64,000 nucleotides of DNA from the human T2T-CHM13v2.0 reference genome, Homo sapiens. Both the position numbers and the translations under genes were made by a program. Each line of letters opens with the position of its first letter. Positions within the stretch are counted from its first letter, which is position 1. Under the pieces are notes generated by a model, which was given only the letters and a program-made list of their open reading frames with translations, searched no databases and was not told where the DNA came from. The stretch lies in the NCBI RefSeq assembly GCF_009914755.1, contig NC_060935.1; one strand, 5' to 3'. Positions 29,746 through 42,888 of this stretch are shown here, in pieces.

Positions 29746-32700
29746 CCCAAATATATATAAATATTTTGGATTAGTCCTCCACAGAAACAGCAACTTACAT
29801 TAAACTGTATGTAATTCTAGTTAACATCATTTCTCCTCTTTGTCATGGCTGAGAGCTGAATTAGGTGGAGAACAGTTATGCTGCAATCATATAGGTTGTT
29901 TGAGTATGTGTAACACTCATTTCTGTATTCTGCTCTAAACAGAGATTCTATAAGAACTGTGATTCAGTCAGTTCCAATGGCTTAAAGCCTCTTGAGCAGC
30001 ATACCAAATTTTAGATGCCAAAGTTTAATTGAAACTTGGCATATGGATGAACACTTCTGCATGTATTGAAAGCCATCAGAAGATTCCTAAACAAAGAGCA
30101 ATCACACACATGGTAATTTTATCCAACTGGAACCAATTATATTTGGCATTTTTTATGAAAGAGGGAGAAAAATAAGAATGGACTCAAGAAAATGTTTTCC
30201 TTTTATGACTTTTACCCTCTTTAAGATGAATTGCCTTATGAAGTTACTTCTTACAACTCAAGGAGCATAAACTGTCTAGAGAAAAAAAATTATGCAATGT
30301 CTTCCTGGAGGCAAACATTTTGTTACAGAATAAATGTGGACTTTTAAGCACATCTGGCAATCATTCCACAACCTACAATGCTGGCACCCTAAAAATGCTT
30401 CACGATAATAATATGTTACCAGTAGAGTTGATTACTTCAAGCCAGGGGAGGTTTCAACACAAAACAGGTCATTTCCATGCAGAATACAGAGCTTCAAAGT
30501 CATCAGCTATGAGACCCACCATTAATCCAAGTGGTTGGGGGAGACGATTACTCCTAATAGAAGGGGAGCCAGATTTGAAGGTGGTTTTTACACGTGCTTT
30601 TCCCCTGGAAGAGCAAGCTTCCACACTGCAATCTTTCACCAAAGTCTAGGTCTTGGCTTTATGGTTATAGATGCCATTTCAAAGGGTATACTAGATTATA
30701 GGATTCTTTCTGCGTTCTAGACCACTACATATGTATAAGAAATCATTGTGTCGCACATGTTCTCTTTTATTGATTTCACTTACCATTCAATAAATATGTC
30801 TTGTTAAGAAAATCAGCCCTTTAATTTTATTTGGAAATACCTCGTACTGCTGCTGGACTGTCATGTTCTGATGTGACTGCCCCTTTGGGGTCAGAGAGTA
30901 AAGCCACACTTCTGTGGGTCAGTGGTGGTATCTTTGCTTAAAGGAGTAGACATATCTAATGTCAATCATCTAGGAAAGAAGGAGAATTTTAAAAAGAAAT
31001 AAAGTTTGGAAAATAGATATTACACCAAAGAAAAAGGTTGTGGCGGGAGGTGGGGAGGCAGTCATTCTTCAGTCTGGGCTAGGACAAAGGACTAGATTGA
31101 TTGAGGACGGTCTGCAGAGGGAAAACAAGAACGCTCGCTGCCAGATAGATAATGCTTGGGGCCAGGCAAGGGTCAATCCCCAGGAGACTCCATAAATGAG
31201 CTGGAAGAGCAGTTATAGCCAGCCAGGAGTTTTTCCCTTTTTATTAATTCTCTTTGGTAAAGATATAGCCTCGCCTCAGGTGTGCAGAGGGAACTTTAAC
31301 GGAAGAGCCTCAGGCTAGAGAGCTAAAAGAAGAGTAGTATGCTGGTGGCAGTAGTGATTGGTGAAAGATTCCCTGAAAGATGAGTCTTTGTGACAGGCAG
31401 CTGGAATACAAGATATAGGTATCTCTTTTGATATGGACATTCACTCTTCTGCCCAACTTAGCTGATCCAGATGCTATTTCATTAAAGTAGCTGGCATCAT
31501 TTTATTCCTTATTTGAATAAATATCAAGGAGGAGGAAATCTCTTTGTTGAGGAATAGATTAAATGGTACCTTCTCTCTGCTAGGCACTGTGTTAAGATAG
31601 GGGGATGAAGGACAGACCCACTTCTTGTGGCTTACATTCTAGTCAGAGGAAAAGGACGTGTGAACAAATAAATGTAAAAATGTGTAACAGATGTTTCAAT
31701 GAACATAGTTGCCAAAAACAAGGGAGAGATAACAAGGATATAATAATTTAATATGATGCATAGGCCTGAGTCCATGTTCTTCAATCTTAAACTTCTTTAA
31801 GAGACTAGTTATCCTATTGGCAAGTAATATCAGGAAAGATTCTCTAGCCTACAGTCTGAATTTTTCATTCCCTTATTATCAATGTGTTCAATACTAACTT
31901 TTTTTGCCTGGAGAAAAGAAAACAATATGTGGGGGATTTTACTTGTGGTCTCTAACATTACATTACCTTTCTTAAACTGGGAATTCAAACTCTGGATCTT
32001 ATTTTCATAAATGGGGTTCAGGTCACCCAAAACCCTCTTGAAGTCAATAAAAATTTTAAAGGATCTGTGACCCATTTTTTAAAAGTCATTTTTTGTTTTT
32101 TTCATGTGAGAGGATATAATTAAGAATCACTTTGAGTTTCCTCTAAGACTGTGATGCAATAAGTCACCTTTTAAAAATATTTAGTACATATCCATCGGAG
32201 ACCTTATCAGCAATGGAGCACTGACTCCATTAATAACAAGAGAGTAAACCTTTTATGTAATGGAAAAGCCATAGTTCTTACAAGCTATACATTCTTTAAC
32301 CAAGGTAATATCAAAATATATTATGAGTGCATTTCCACTGTAAATACTTTGAATTTTAAAACTCTCTCATTCAAATCTCTGTTTTCTTTAATTTTTAGTA
32401 TTTCCTCTTGTCTTTGGTGTTCTGCAATTTAAATGATATGTTTAAATGGGGTTTTTTTTCTGTTTTACAATAATATTGGTATACTTCATAAACATGAAAA
32501 TTCATTATTTCTGGAAAATCCTTACCCATTATCTATTCAAGTCTTGCCTCTCCCACTTCTATATGTTTTCTTTTCCTGGAACTCTTACCTTCTAGCTCCA
32601 TTACTCTTAACGATGTTCATACAAAATATTTTTTATGTCTCTGCATTTTGGGTATTATCATCAATTATGTTCTAATCTGCATTTAGCCCTTCCATTAATT

Positions 32701-33940
32701 TTTTTTAAGAATTGTATTTTTTACTTATAGATGTTCTATTTGTCCTTTTCTTTAAAAATGTCATTTTTTTCTTAAGGTTTGATTTATTCTTTTATATTGT
32801 CAACATTTATATGTACTTTTAAAGATTCTTTTTCATGTGGTTGTATTATCTCAACTTTTTAAAAAATCCACTAACTACTGCATGTCTTATATCTACTCAC
32901 TCATGGTCGATTGAGTCCATGGTCCACTGACTCTCACTCTTGGTCGATTGTTTCCTTGTGTGTTTTGTTATTCATTATAGCAAGCATATCTTTAGCAGGA
33001 CTTGCTTTCTTCTTGAAAAGCCTAGGCAATCTAGATGCTTGATACTAGTCTTTCATAATGATTTTGTGTTTTACTCTTATAGGAACCTCAGGAGTATTTT
33101 CCATGTTGACTATTTCTAGGCTAGTTAGGTAGGGTATAAAAACAAAAACCCCAAAAACGATATTCTCAAGGGGAGTGTTCTTTTCTTCTTACTGTTAAAG
33201 TTTCCTGTTCTCACTGTATGCTGGTGGGCATATATTTCTAGCCTACATTTTTATTTAATGGCTTTATGCAGGGCACAGGGGTATCTCAGTTCCAGCTCTC
33301 TGCCTCATCTGGCACCAAGAGTTTACCTTCTTTCTGTCTCATATGGACATCAGATTCCAGGCTTCTTCGTCACTAGGACGCATAACTCACAGGGCAACCA
33401 CATCATCACTTCACAATCTATACTCGCTTTTAATGTCTTTGTTCTTAGCACATGGTAGATTACCCTTTTATTTTTCACAAAATTGGGAGATGTTTTAAAA
33501 TCATTTAAAATCTTTTATCCAGTACTGCTAGGTGTCTGTAACCATAAATTTTTCAGATTGTCTCAGTCAGCTGAATTGCCAGTGCTTTAGTTTACAGTTT
33601 ACTGTTTCATTATTCATAATCAATCAATTACTCCTTCCCAAGCAGAAAGTTTAGTTGGACTGTGTTTTCAGATCCTGAGATTTTAGAAATGCTTAACTTT
33701 TTTAAATGTCTGGGATTCTTCCCCAAGTTCAGCAGTGATGAACTGTAAACATACCTTTAAAGTTCTAAATAAAGGAAATCTGAAATGCCTCCTGGGACCT
33801 TGGCAGGACATGGGCCTTTCTTGCTAATCACCATTACAAATTGATCACAATAGAGAATATTAATTGATTTGCTATTGAAAGTTGAATAAAGAGAAAATCT
33901 GAGCCATTTTCTTCTGAACACCATTTCAATTTATTACTAT

Positions 33941-33978
33941 TTTAACTATTAAGGCCTTATTTAACTATTAAGGCCTTA
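33941..33978. repeat. 19-bp perfect tandem duplication
   Basis: TTTAACTATTAAGGCCTTA x2. Confidence 0.92.
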
Positions 33979-34026
33979 TTGCACATAATTGCTCACAAAT
34001 AAGATAATTTACCATAATTTTCAGTT

Positions 34027-34118
34027 TTACTACTGAAAACTGAAGCCCCATAAATATAAATAAAAACTGAAGCCCCATTACTACTGAAGCCCCATTACTA
34101 CTGAAGCCCCATAAATAT
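34027..34118. repeat. Irregular array of ACTGAAGCCCCAT x4
   Basis: Copies at 34039, 34066, 34083 and 34100. Confidence 0.92.
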
Positions 34119-35234
34119 ATGTAAAAAATTTTTCTAAATAAGAAAACTATGAAACAGAAATTTTTGGCAAGAGTCATAGAATTTATTCCACAGAAATGAC
34201 AACTTACAAAGACTTGGGATCTTATAAGGGAAAATCTCAATGATTTGAGAAATGGCAATATTCATATCTAAAATGTACTAGTGATTGCCACTTTCAGAAA
34301 TGATACACCTCCCACTATGAAATTGTATAAATCACAAGTCAAAAGCATATGGAAGAGTTGATTTCTACTCTACCAGAGGGAGTAATTTTCTTTAGCTCTT
34401 TCTCATACATCATAGGTGTGAAGTACTTTTGTTTCTTGGTTAAAATTTTTCTGTTAGTTGATTATTCAACTAGAAAAACTTAAAATCTTGTCAGAGAAAA
34501 CAGTGGATGAAATGTAACTATAGAACCTTTTGGAAATAATAGATTCATATAAAACCAAACCCAAATTCTAGAGCATGGCTCACTCTTACATGTATTATAG
34601 TACCTCTGACATCACGCAGAGGGTGGATGTTATGAATTGAAGCACATTAAAATATTTCTGTTCATCACTCTGCTGCTCAGTTCTATTTATTAAGAATAGT
34701 CCAGGATTCTTGAACTAAGGGAATATTCACTAAATACTGCATGTTGAGGACAGCCTGGGTAACATAGTGAGAACTTGTAGCTAAAAAATGTAATAACAAT
34801 AATTAGACAAATTAGGCAGTAAGCCACATTTGAAGAAAGCACTGGGAAGAGTTTTCAGGACAACTTGGAATTATTACTTTATTTAGTCTCTCTCACTACT
34901 GATATATAACCACAAGGTTTTTAATCAAATCATTTTTTGACAGACACAGCGACAAGTGATTATATGGATTACAGAATGAAAAAAGGTTTTGTTCATGGAA
35001 CAGTCTAATTTTTAAAAAGCCGTATAAATTTTTAGTCACCTAGTTTAGCCAGGAGGTAATGTTGCCAAACCTATAACCCTCAGACATCGGAGATCTCAAG
35101 TTTAAACCAATAAAAATTCCATCTATGTCTTAAACTTACACCTTCAAAGTACATTTTAAAATAGCAGCATTTCAGAATATCCAAGATTTATTTATTTTTC
35201 TTTCTATTCTTGTTTTTTCTTGTCATATATCACC

Positions 35235-35402
35235 TTGCTATTCAGAGGGTGGTCCACGGACTAGCAACCTTGTCATCATCTGAGGGATGTCAGAAATGGA
35301 GAATCTTGGGCTGTACCTAAGACCTGCCTTCTCAAAATCTGCATTCTAACAAGATTTCCACATGATTTGCATGCTAGCCATTAAAGTTGGAAAAGTCTGT
35401 AC
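35235..35402. mobile_element. MER5-family hAT MITE
   Basis: gtggtccacggactagca...cagaaatggagaatcttggg...aaatctgcattctaacaagat...taaagttggaaaa. Confidence 0.75.
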
Positions 35403-35449
35403 TATGAGACATAAAAATATCTTCTAATTTAACACATCAAGTGTAAGAT

Positions 35450-35600
35450 TTCTTTGAGGGATGATGAAATTGTCCTGGAATTAGATATTAGTGGTGGCTG
35501 TACAACTTTATGGATATATTAAAAATAGTGCATTGTACAAGTTAAATGGGGGAATTACGTGGTATGGGAATTATGTCTTGAACTTTTAAAAAGAAAAACA
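35450..35600 (+). mobile_element. L1MB-like 3' terminus
   Basis: gggatgatgaaattgtcctggaattagat...gtggtggctgtacaac...gaattatgtct plus A-rich end. Confidence 0.7.
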
Positions 35601-36811
35601 TATACATAATTGTAAATGCTCTTAACTTGCACAGCACACAGATGAATGAAACCAGTTCTAACTATTTTCCTTTATCTTTGAGAAAAGTTAGATGCTCCCT
35701 TTACTGCGGCTCACCTCTTACTTCGAAAGGGCACCGCAGCAGGGCTTGAGGCTGGGCAGCCCTGACACAGCACCCATCTATCAGGAGGGTCTGCCAGGCG
35801 CCTATGGGGTGGAATCCTCCCTCCAACTAAAGCTGTTTATAGAGCTGAGAACCTCGGGAAACCGCTTGCGGGTGGATGTGACAAGTCAGGAAACTTGACT
35901 ACCCAATCACCCAAAGGGGCAATGGGACAGAAATGCTATCTGCCCGCTGCACATGTGGTCACAGCGGTGTCGGGGAAGCGGAGTCTTTTCTTCTGGAGTC
36001 CACTCTGCTTACTCCCTACCTCCCCTCCCGCCACCCACCCAGCTAAAAAAAAAATACCCTAGATTCATAAACAAAAGCTTGCAGTTACCCACAGCCCAAT
36101 ACAAACGACCCGACGCCCTCACTTCTATAGCCCGTGAGTCTCCCAGCCCCTAACAGGCTCGTCTCCCCAGACGCCCCGGGTGAAAAGGTTCGCGCCGCCG
36201 GTGGAGAGTCCTATTGGTTCTATTTCTGTCTTCACTCCAAGGCCCCAGGACCGGGGAGAGGTCCTGGTCTAACTTTGGCTGTCCCACGGTCCAAGGACCT
36301 CAGCGCTCAGCCCGAAACGCTAAGCCAAGCGTGGAGACCGCCGGGCGCACCCAGCACCCAGGCAGCTCCAACCCTTGGAGTTGTAGTCATCTCTCCCCCA
36401 CATAGGCTAAGAGTCACCCGGGCGCACATCTGAATCAGCCCCCTGTTCAGATCCCGCCTGTTACGTAGCGATCCTGTCTCTTGTAGAGCGCAGGATGAAG
36501 GGGTCTGGAGAAATCGACCACCCATCTAATCACCTGCAATGGTGGTGTTACTATGCGGTCTCACTCTCGTGGGCAAACATATCCATGCGTACCTACGAGG
36601 AGCAAACCTAGACAACCCCGCCTCCCCCACTCCCCGCGCGCCCCTCCACTCACTCAGGTCCCAGCCCTGGCTCTCGCGGACCTCCCAGCACCGTCCTAGG
36701 AGGTACACACGCGGGTTCAGGACGCGCGCGGACGGACTCGGCCACTCCTGCGAGCGCACAACCTCCCTCCGCGCAGCCCGCGCCCGATCCGCCCCGCGTC
36801 GCCGGCACTCA

Positions 36812-37174
<363 letters not shown>

Positions 37175-37226
37175 TCACCACTTAAGGGGGTGCAAAGAGG
37201 ATCTTGACCTGAGCAGGTCAGGCCGA

Positions 37227-37236
37227 GGAGACCCCG
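37227..37236 (-). promoter_or_regulatory. TRPC6 c.-254 site, C allele (CGGGGTCTCC; the G allele gives the NF-kB-like GGGGGTCTCC)
   Basis: Position 36982+254=37236 reads C on the minus strand, followed by GGGGTCTCC. This matches the described -254C>G variant associated with pulmonary arterial hypertension (recalled knowledge). Confidence 0.8.
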
Positions 37237-37617
37237 CGAGGATGCGTCTGGGGCGCCCGGGCAGAGAGGGCACAGGCGGGGCCGCTGGTGGTAGCGAAGC
37301 GTAAGAGCGGAGAGCAAGGGAGACGGAGCTGAAGAGTTACTATGTCAACAGAGACTCTCCAGCCCTCAGCTCCCGCCTTCATCCCCCGCACTCTCCGTCA
37401 AGATCCCCACCTTTAAAGGGATCCGAGCGACGTTCTAGAAAGCAGCCAAAGCCTGTCCTGTAGCCACAACTTTCAGGAGGCGGTATGAGCCTGAACTAGG
37501 AGGAGCCAGGCACGCACTCTTTTTTTCCCCTCCACTATTTAGTTGGCTCATTTAGTAAGGATACCAACTGCGGACTTCGTAGGAAGCTTCCTTTAAGAAC
37601 CACTCTCAAAGAGCCAA

Positions 37618-37923
37618 GGAAACCTGTTCCTTAAAAGGGACACGAGCCTCTTCTTTCTCCAGACTGCCTTCATTTTCTTTGGTCATTTTCTCTCTTACCC
37701 TCAACTCATAAAGTTATTATAACTCTGCTTTAAAAATGAACAACGTTCTATGTTCCAAACGCCAGATGTTCCCAGTTCCTGAGAAAACCAACAAAAATAG
37801 GCAAGCATTTTCCAATGATACCGATAAAGAGGCCAACAACCTGCTTACTTCAGAGAAAAAATTTTCCTTCCGTCACTGCGAATGCAAGAATGATTTCTCT
37901 GCCAGATGTTTCCCACGTTTCCA
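37618..37923. promoter_or_regulatory. Cluster of NFAT-type GGAAA cores upstream of TRPC6
   Basis: GGAAA 37618-22, TTTTCCA 37808-14, TTTTCCT 37862-68, TTTCCA 37918-23. TRPC6 is a known calcineurin-NFAT target, but the motif is short and I cannot say which sites are functional. Confidence 0.35.
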
Positions 37924-38049
37924 AGCTGTTTTATTTTTAAGACTTAGTTTTAAATTCTGATTAATATGCATACGTGTGAGAAGTAAAAACTTGTCAACAA
38001 GGATGAATCAGTATTTGTAGACCTTTAAGCAGTAGTAGCCAATTAAGAA

Positions 38050-38430
38050 TCCATTCATTAAGTCAACAAATATTTAATGAATGCCAACTGCGTTTCAAAT
38101 CATTTCAGAATTCGGAGGCAAAGAAGCAGATGAGGCACCTGTCTGCCCTCATAGAGCTTTCGTGGCAGAAAGGGGGACCAATTAAATAAGCAAATGAAAA
38201 AATATCAAGGACAAATGCTACAATGAAAATAAAACAGGTTGATGTGATGGCAGCTGGTGAATGACTACTTCAGATGAGATGGTTAAAAGAGGCCCCTCCA
38301 AGGAGGTGCTCGTTAAGTTGAGACATGCATGGCAAGCAGCCAGCCATGAAAAGATCAGAGGCCCATTGCAATTGGATGAAAGAAAGCCAGACTGAAATCT
38401 GTCTGCAAAGGTGCCTTTGCTTCCCATGAA
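38050..38430. mobile_element. L2 fragment
   Basis: cattcattaagtcaacaaatatttaatgaatgcc...ctgccctcatagagcttt L2 3'-end signature. Confidence 0.6.
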
Positions 38431-38629
38431 CAGGTGGACAACAAAATGAATGTTGGAAGTGTGGGAAAATGCAATTGATTTGATAGAAGGGAAAAGAGCT
38501 CACACATTTAGAAACTTCTGAGTTTGCCTTTAAATTTAGAACTGAAACTCAGAGAGAGCAGAAACCACTGTGTCCTGAGGATCCAGCTTCGTATTTGACA
38601 CAGGTGTGTAGGGTGCATGCATGCATGCT

Positions 38630-38668
38630 TGGGTGGGTGAGTGGGTGGGTGGGTGGATGGATGGATGG

Positions 38669-38700
<32 letters not shown>
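38630..38700. repeat. (GGGT)n(GGAT)n tetranucleotide repeat
   Basis: Seen directly. Confidence 0.95.
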
Positions 38701-38701
<1 letters not shown>

Positions 38702-40148
38702 AGGAATATAGAAAAAATAAGAAAATGCTCTTGGCCCTGGAAAGAACATTTTCCCTGGGGAAACAAACAACCTGCATCATTCTGAAGTCTGTTCTTTCTG
38801 ATTTAACAGCCTTCCTTTTTGATCTTTCAACATGTGGAGCCATGATTTAAAATTCTTATAATTTTCTAGTTACTATACCTAGCAATAAGATATTCTTCCT
38901 AAAATTTGTTTGTGGCAACTGCTATCTGTAAGTATTCATTAGCTTTGATGCTTGAATGAATTAATCAATAAACGTTTAGTTAAACAGTGCCAAGGTAATC
39001 TCTTTGGCAACACCAAGTATGGGGAAAACATTCATGGGAAAAGTAATATTCAAAGGTTTTCTACCCAATTCAAATTCTGTGAGTTAAAGCCAAATTAATA
39101 AACATTTGTAGTGTCAGTTGAAGTGTTAACCTTTCACATAAAAAGAAAAAAAACAAAAACTGAGACAGAATTTATTTTGCTGTTGTTACACTGTTTTTCA
39201 TTCACAGGTAACAACCTTCACACTGAAAAAATTACTACAGTAAACTTATTCTGACATCAATTTATCATGTGGTAAGACATGTTTTCCTCTGTTGTTTTTT
39301 TTTTTTTTGAATTATTGTGAGTACTAGAACAACAAGCCCAGTCATTTATTGAGTACCCAGAAGGAATAAGGTGGTGTACAAATGTTAGAAGATTCTGAAA
39401 GAGCTTATGACATGATGAAGTGGAATCATTAGATCAGAAGTCTCAAAGCCTGGATTTTTATTTCGGCCACTTCCCTAACTGAAGTTACATGATTTCAGAG
39501 AGGTCATTAAATCTCTCTCTGCCTCAGTTTTTTCATCAGTAAGCTGGTATACAATTACGCCTCAATCTCTAACTTCCCACATTATATAGTTATCTATGCA
39601 GTTTTATCACTTTACATTAAAAACATGGTGAAACCAATTTTTAAAAAGACAAAATACGATTAAATAATATAATTTTTGAATCAACTATGGAAGTATTGAG
39701 TAGATCTGGAGTCATGAAGAAAGCTGAGTGAACAAAGAAACAATAGTTTTTAAAGTTAAAAAATTGTTGGGTGAGCACAGGACTGATAGTTCTCACAGAG
39801 TTGGAAATTGCTATGCAATTATAGGTTATGTATGTTTATGTAGTATGTTCATGCTATTGAAATAAAAAAACACTCAGTCATTAATTCTGAGATGTGAGGA
39901 TGAAGGTGAGTTATGTGTCTCTGTGGGCAGAGGAAGAGATGTTAATGAGAGAGGACCTTTGCCTCATTATATATATCTGCACTGTTTGATTATTAGTTTG
40001 ATTTTACAAAAACAGATATTTTACATATATACATGTGTGTAATATATATAATGTGTATATATATTATACATATAATATATATATAACACAGTGTTTTGAA
40101 AAGCTGATAGGAGAAAAATGAGTAAAGAAAAATGGTTGTCCTCTAGAA

Positions 40149-40686
40149 CAGTGGTCCCCAACTTTTTTGGCACCAGGGACTAGTTTCGTGGAAGACAATT
40201 TTTCCACGGACCTGTGGGGTGGGATGGATGGTTTGGAGACTATTTAAGTACATTAAATTTATTGTGCACTTTATTTCTATTATAATTACATTGTTATATA
40301 TAATGAAATAATTATACAACTTACCATAATGTAGACTTGATAGGATCCCTGAGCTTGTTTTCCTGCAACTAGATGGTCCCATCTGGGGGTGATGGGAGAC
40401 AGTGACAGATCATCAGGCATTAGATTCTTACAAGGAGCACACAACCTAGATTGCTCACATGCACAGTTCACAATAGGGTTCATGCTCCTAGGAGAATCTC
40501 ATGCCTCCGCTGATCTCACAGGAGGCAAAGCTCAGGCGGTAACGCAAGTGATGGGAAAAAGCTGTAAATACTAAATACAGGTGAAGCTTCGCTGGCTTGC
40601 CCACTGCTCACCTCCTGCTGTGTGGCCCAGATCCTAATAGGCCACAGATGGATAGCAGTCCATAGCCTGGGGGTTGGGAACCGCTG
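40149..40686 (+). mobile_element. MER1A (hAT-Charlie non-autonomous DNA transposon), complete
   Basis: TIRs CAGTGGTCCCCAAC...GTTGGGAACCGCTG. 8-bp TSD CTCTAGAA (40141-48) / CTCTAGGA (40687-94) matches the NTCTAGAN preference. Confidence 0.92.
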
Positions 40687-41585
40687 CTCTAGGAAGTCTC
40701 AGGCAAGGAGCCCAAAGGGAAAGGAAAAGAAATTGCCACTAGAAGCAAAAGGTTGAGAAAACATTAAATGCTTAATAACTCAAGAAGCTCAAAAGTTACA
40801 CAAAGCTGCAGTTTGTGAGTTGCTGTTGCTGATGGAAAACCACTAACATAGGAGTCTCTCTGGAAAATGCAGTTTGGGGTTGGTTGGCCAGAAGTACAGA
40901 TAAAAGTTTAGTCGTGATTTCATCTGGATATTTTAAAGCATGGAAACCCTGAGCCCTGACTCCTATCACATGTAGAATCAACCGGGTGAAAACAGAAACA
41001 CTTCAGAAGCTTCAGAGGGGCTGCTGATTCTCTATGAATGAAAGTGCCCTGCAAACTCCAGTTTGAGTAAAATCTGAGCAGGTGCTGCTATATCTTTGAA
41101 CCTCAATTTCTTAATTTTTAAAATAAAGGGGTTATAATAATTTACATTTAGTATCTGTCTTGCAGCTAAAATGTTATTAACCATCAGAAACAAATAGAAG
41201 AATCTACAGATTGCTAATTTCATTTTTGCTCTAATTTGAGCTTGACATAGATGTTGTCCAAAATTCTAACATTATCATATGGTTATTTTGTAAGCACTTG
41301 TGATTAATATGGTTTCACTTAGAGAACAAGTTATGTTAATATCTCTTTTGATGGAATTATTGGGACATTTTTAGTAAACTGTTTACCAAGAGCATCGTGT
41401 GATATGTTTGACAGCACGATTGAAAAATAAGAACTGGGTAACAAAGGAGTGATTCATAAATAGTTAGAAGACGATTGAAAAGATTGTTGATTTATACATC
41501 AATGTCACCCAAGTTTAGTAAATGAAGACATACCAAGAATGGACTGAGCTGCTTTTGGTTTTTTGTTTTGGCTTGTTTTTGCTGG

Positions 41586-41617
<32 letters not shown>

Positions 41618-42821
41618 CTTTCACTGGACATGTTCAAATACAACCTGGACCTCAATTTTCCACGTATACTACAAGGAAAATTAATATACTTATGGAAAAT
41701 TAAGTGAACACTAAGATCCTGTAAGAAAAAATCTAAAATTCAAAAACTAATCATCATCTCCATGGATCCAAAAAGTTAATAAAATATCTATTCTTCATTT
41801 TTTAAAAGGAAATAAGAAAAAGCTTAGAAAACTAAGAGTAACAGACACATTTTTAACATGGCAGAGAAAACTATTTTAGATAAAAACAACATGGAGAAAC
41901 ACCAGAGATGTTTCCATTAATTTAAGAAATCAAAGATGTTTGTCATTATCATTACTATTTTTCATAGCTAAGAACTTCAACAATAAGTAAAATAAAACAT
42001 AAAAAATAAGATGAAAAAGTTTGAAATGAGGACATAAATCTATTACTTCACAGGCTATATAATAGTCTACTATAAAAAATTCAAGATTTTTAGCTAAAAA
42101 TAGTTAGATTCAGAAGTAAGAAATGTGTTTGGTACAATGCCAGATAATAAAAGTAAATATTAAAAATTCAGTAGTTTTCCTTTATATCAGCAATAGCCAA
42201 AATATAATAAAAGCTATAAAATATAATATAAGCAGAAATATATTTAACAGAGAATTGTAAAACCTATGAAAAGAAAATTATAAATCTTCACTAAGACCTA
42301 ATTGAAAAATAATCAGAGGTCTGTATCAAATTATATAACACATTTTATTGATAGTTTCATTATACTTGTATTAAATTTACAGATTTAGTTAGAATGTAGT
42401 AGTTTCAATACTTATGTCTTCCTATAGAAGGACAGGTTTTTCTCTACTATTTATTTTTTCACATTTCTAAAAATAAATATCTAAAAGAAAGAAAAATCCA
42501 AAAAAAGAAAAGCAATGAAAGAAACTTGGTGTAAAAAATATCGAATGATTTAAAGAAACCACAAAAATAATATAAATTGGTACACACAAACTAGAAATAT
42601 GTAAAGAATTTAATGGAAAGAATAAAGGATACAAAAGATTTTATGGTATGATAAAGAGCACATCTTAAGTCAATGGGAGATGTGAAGGAATGTGGAATAA
42701 ATCAAACTGGATAAGAGATTTCTATCTTGTACTTTTGCCACAAATGGTATGCGTTAATAAGTCAAATGTAATTAAAGAAGTTGTAAAACCTACTAAAGAA
42801 AGATAATCAACACGTTTAAGA

Positions 42822-42888
42822 AGATCGCGCCACTGCACTCCAGCCTGGGCAACAGAGTGAGACTGTCTCAAAAAAAAAGAAAAGAAAA
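42822..42888 (+). mobile_element. Severely 5'-truncated Alu (last ~50 nt plus tail)
   Basis: agatcgcgccactgcactccagcctgggcaacagagtgagactgtctc(A)n. Confidence 0.85.
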
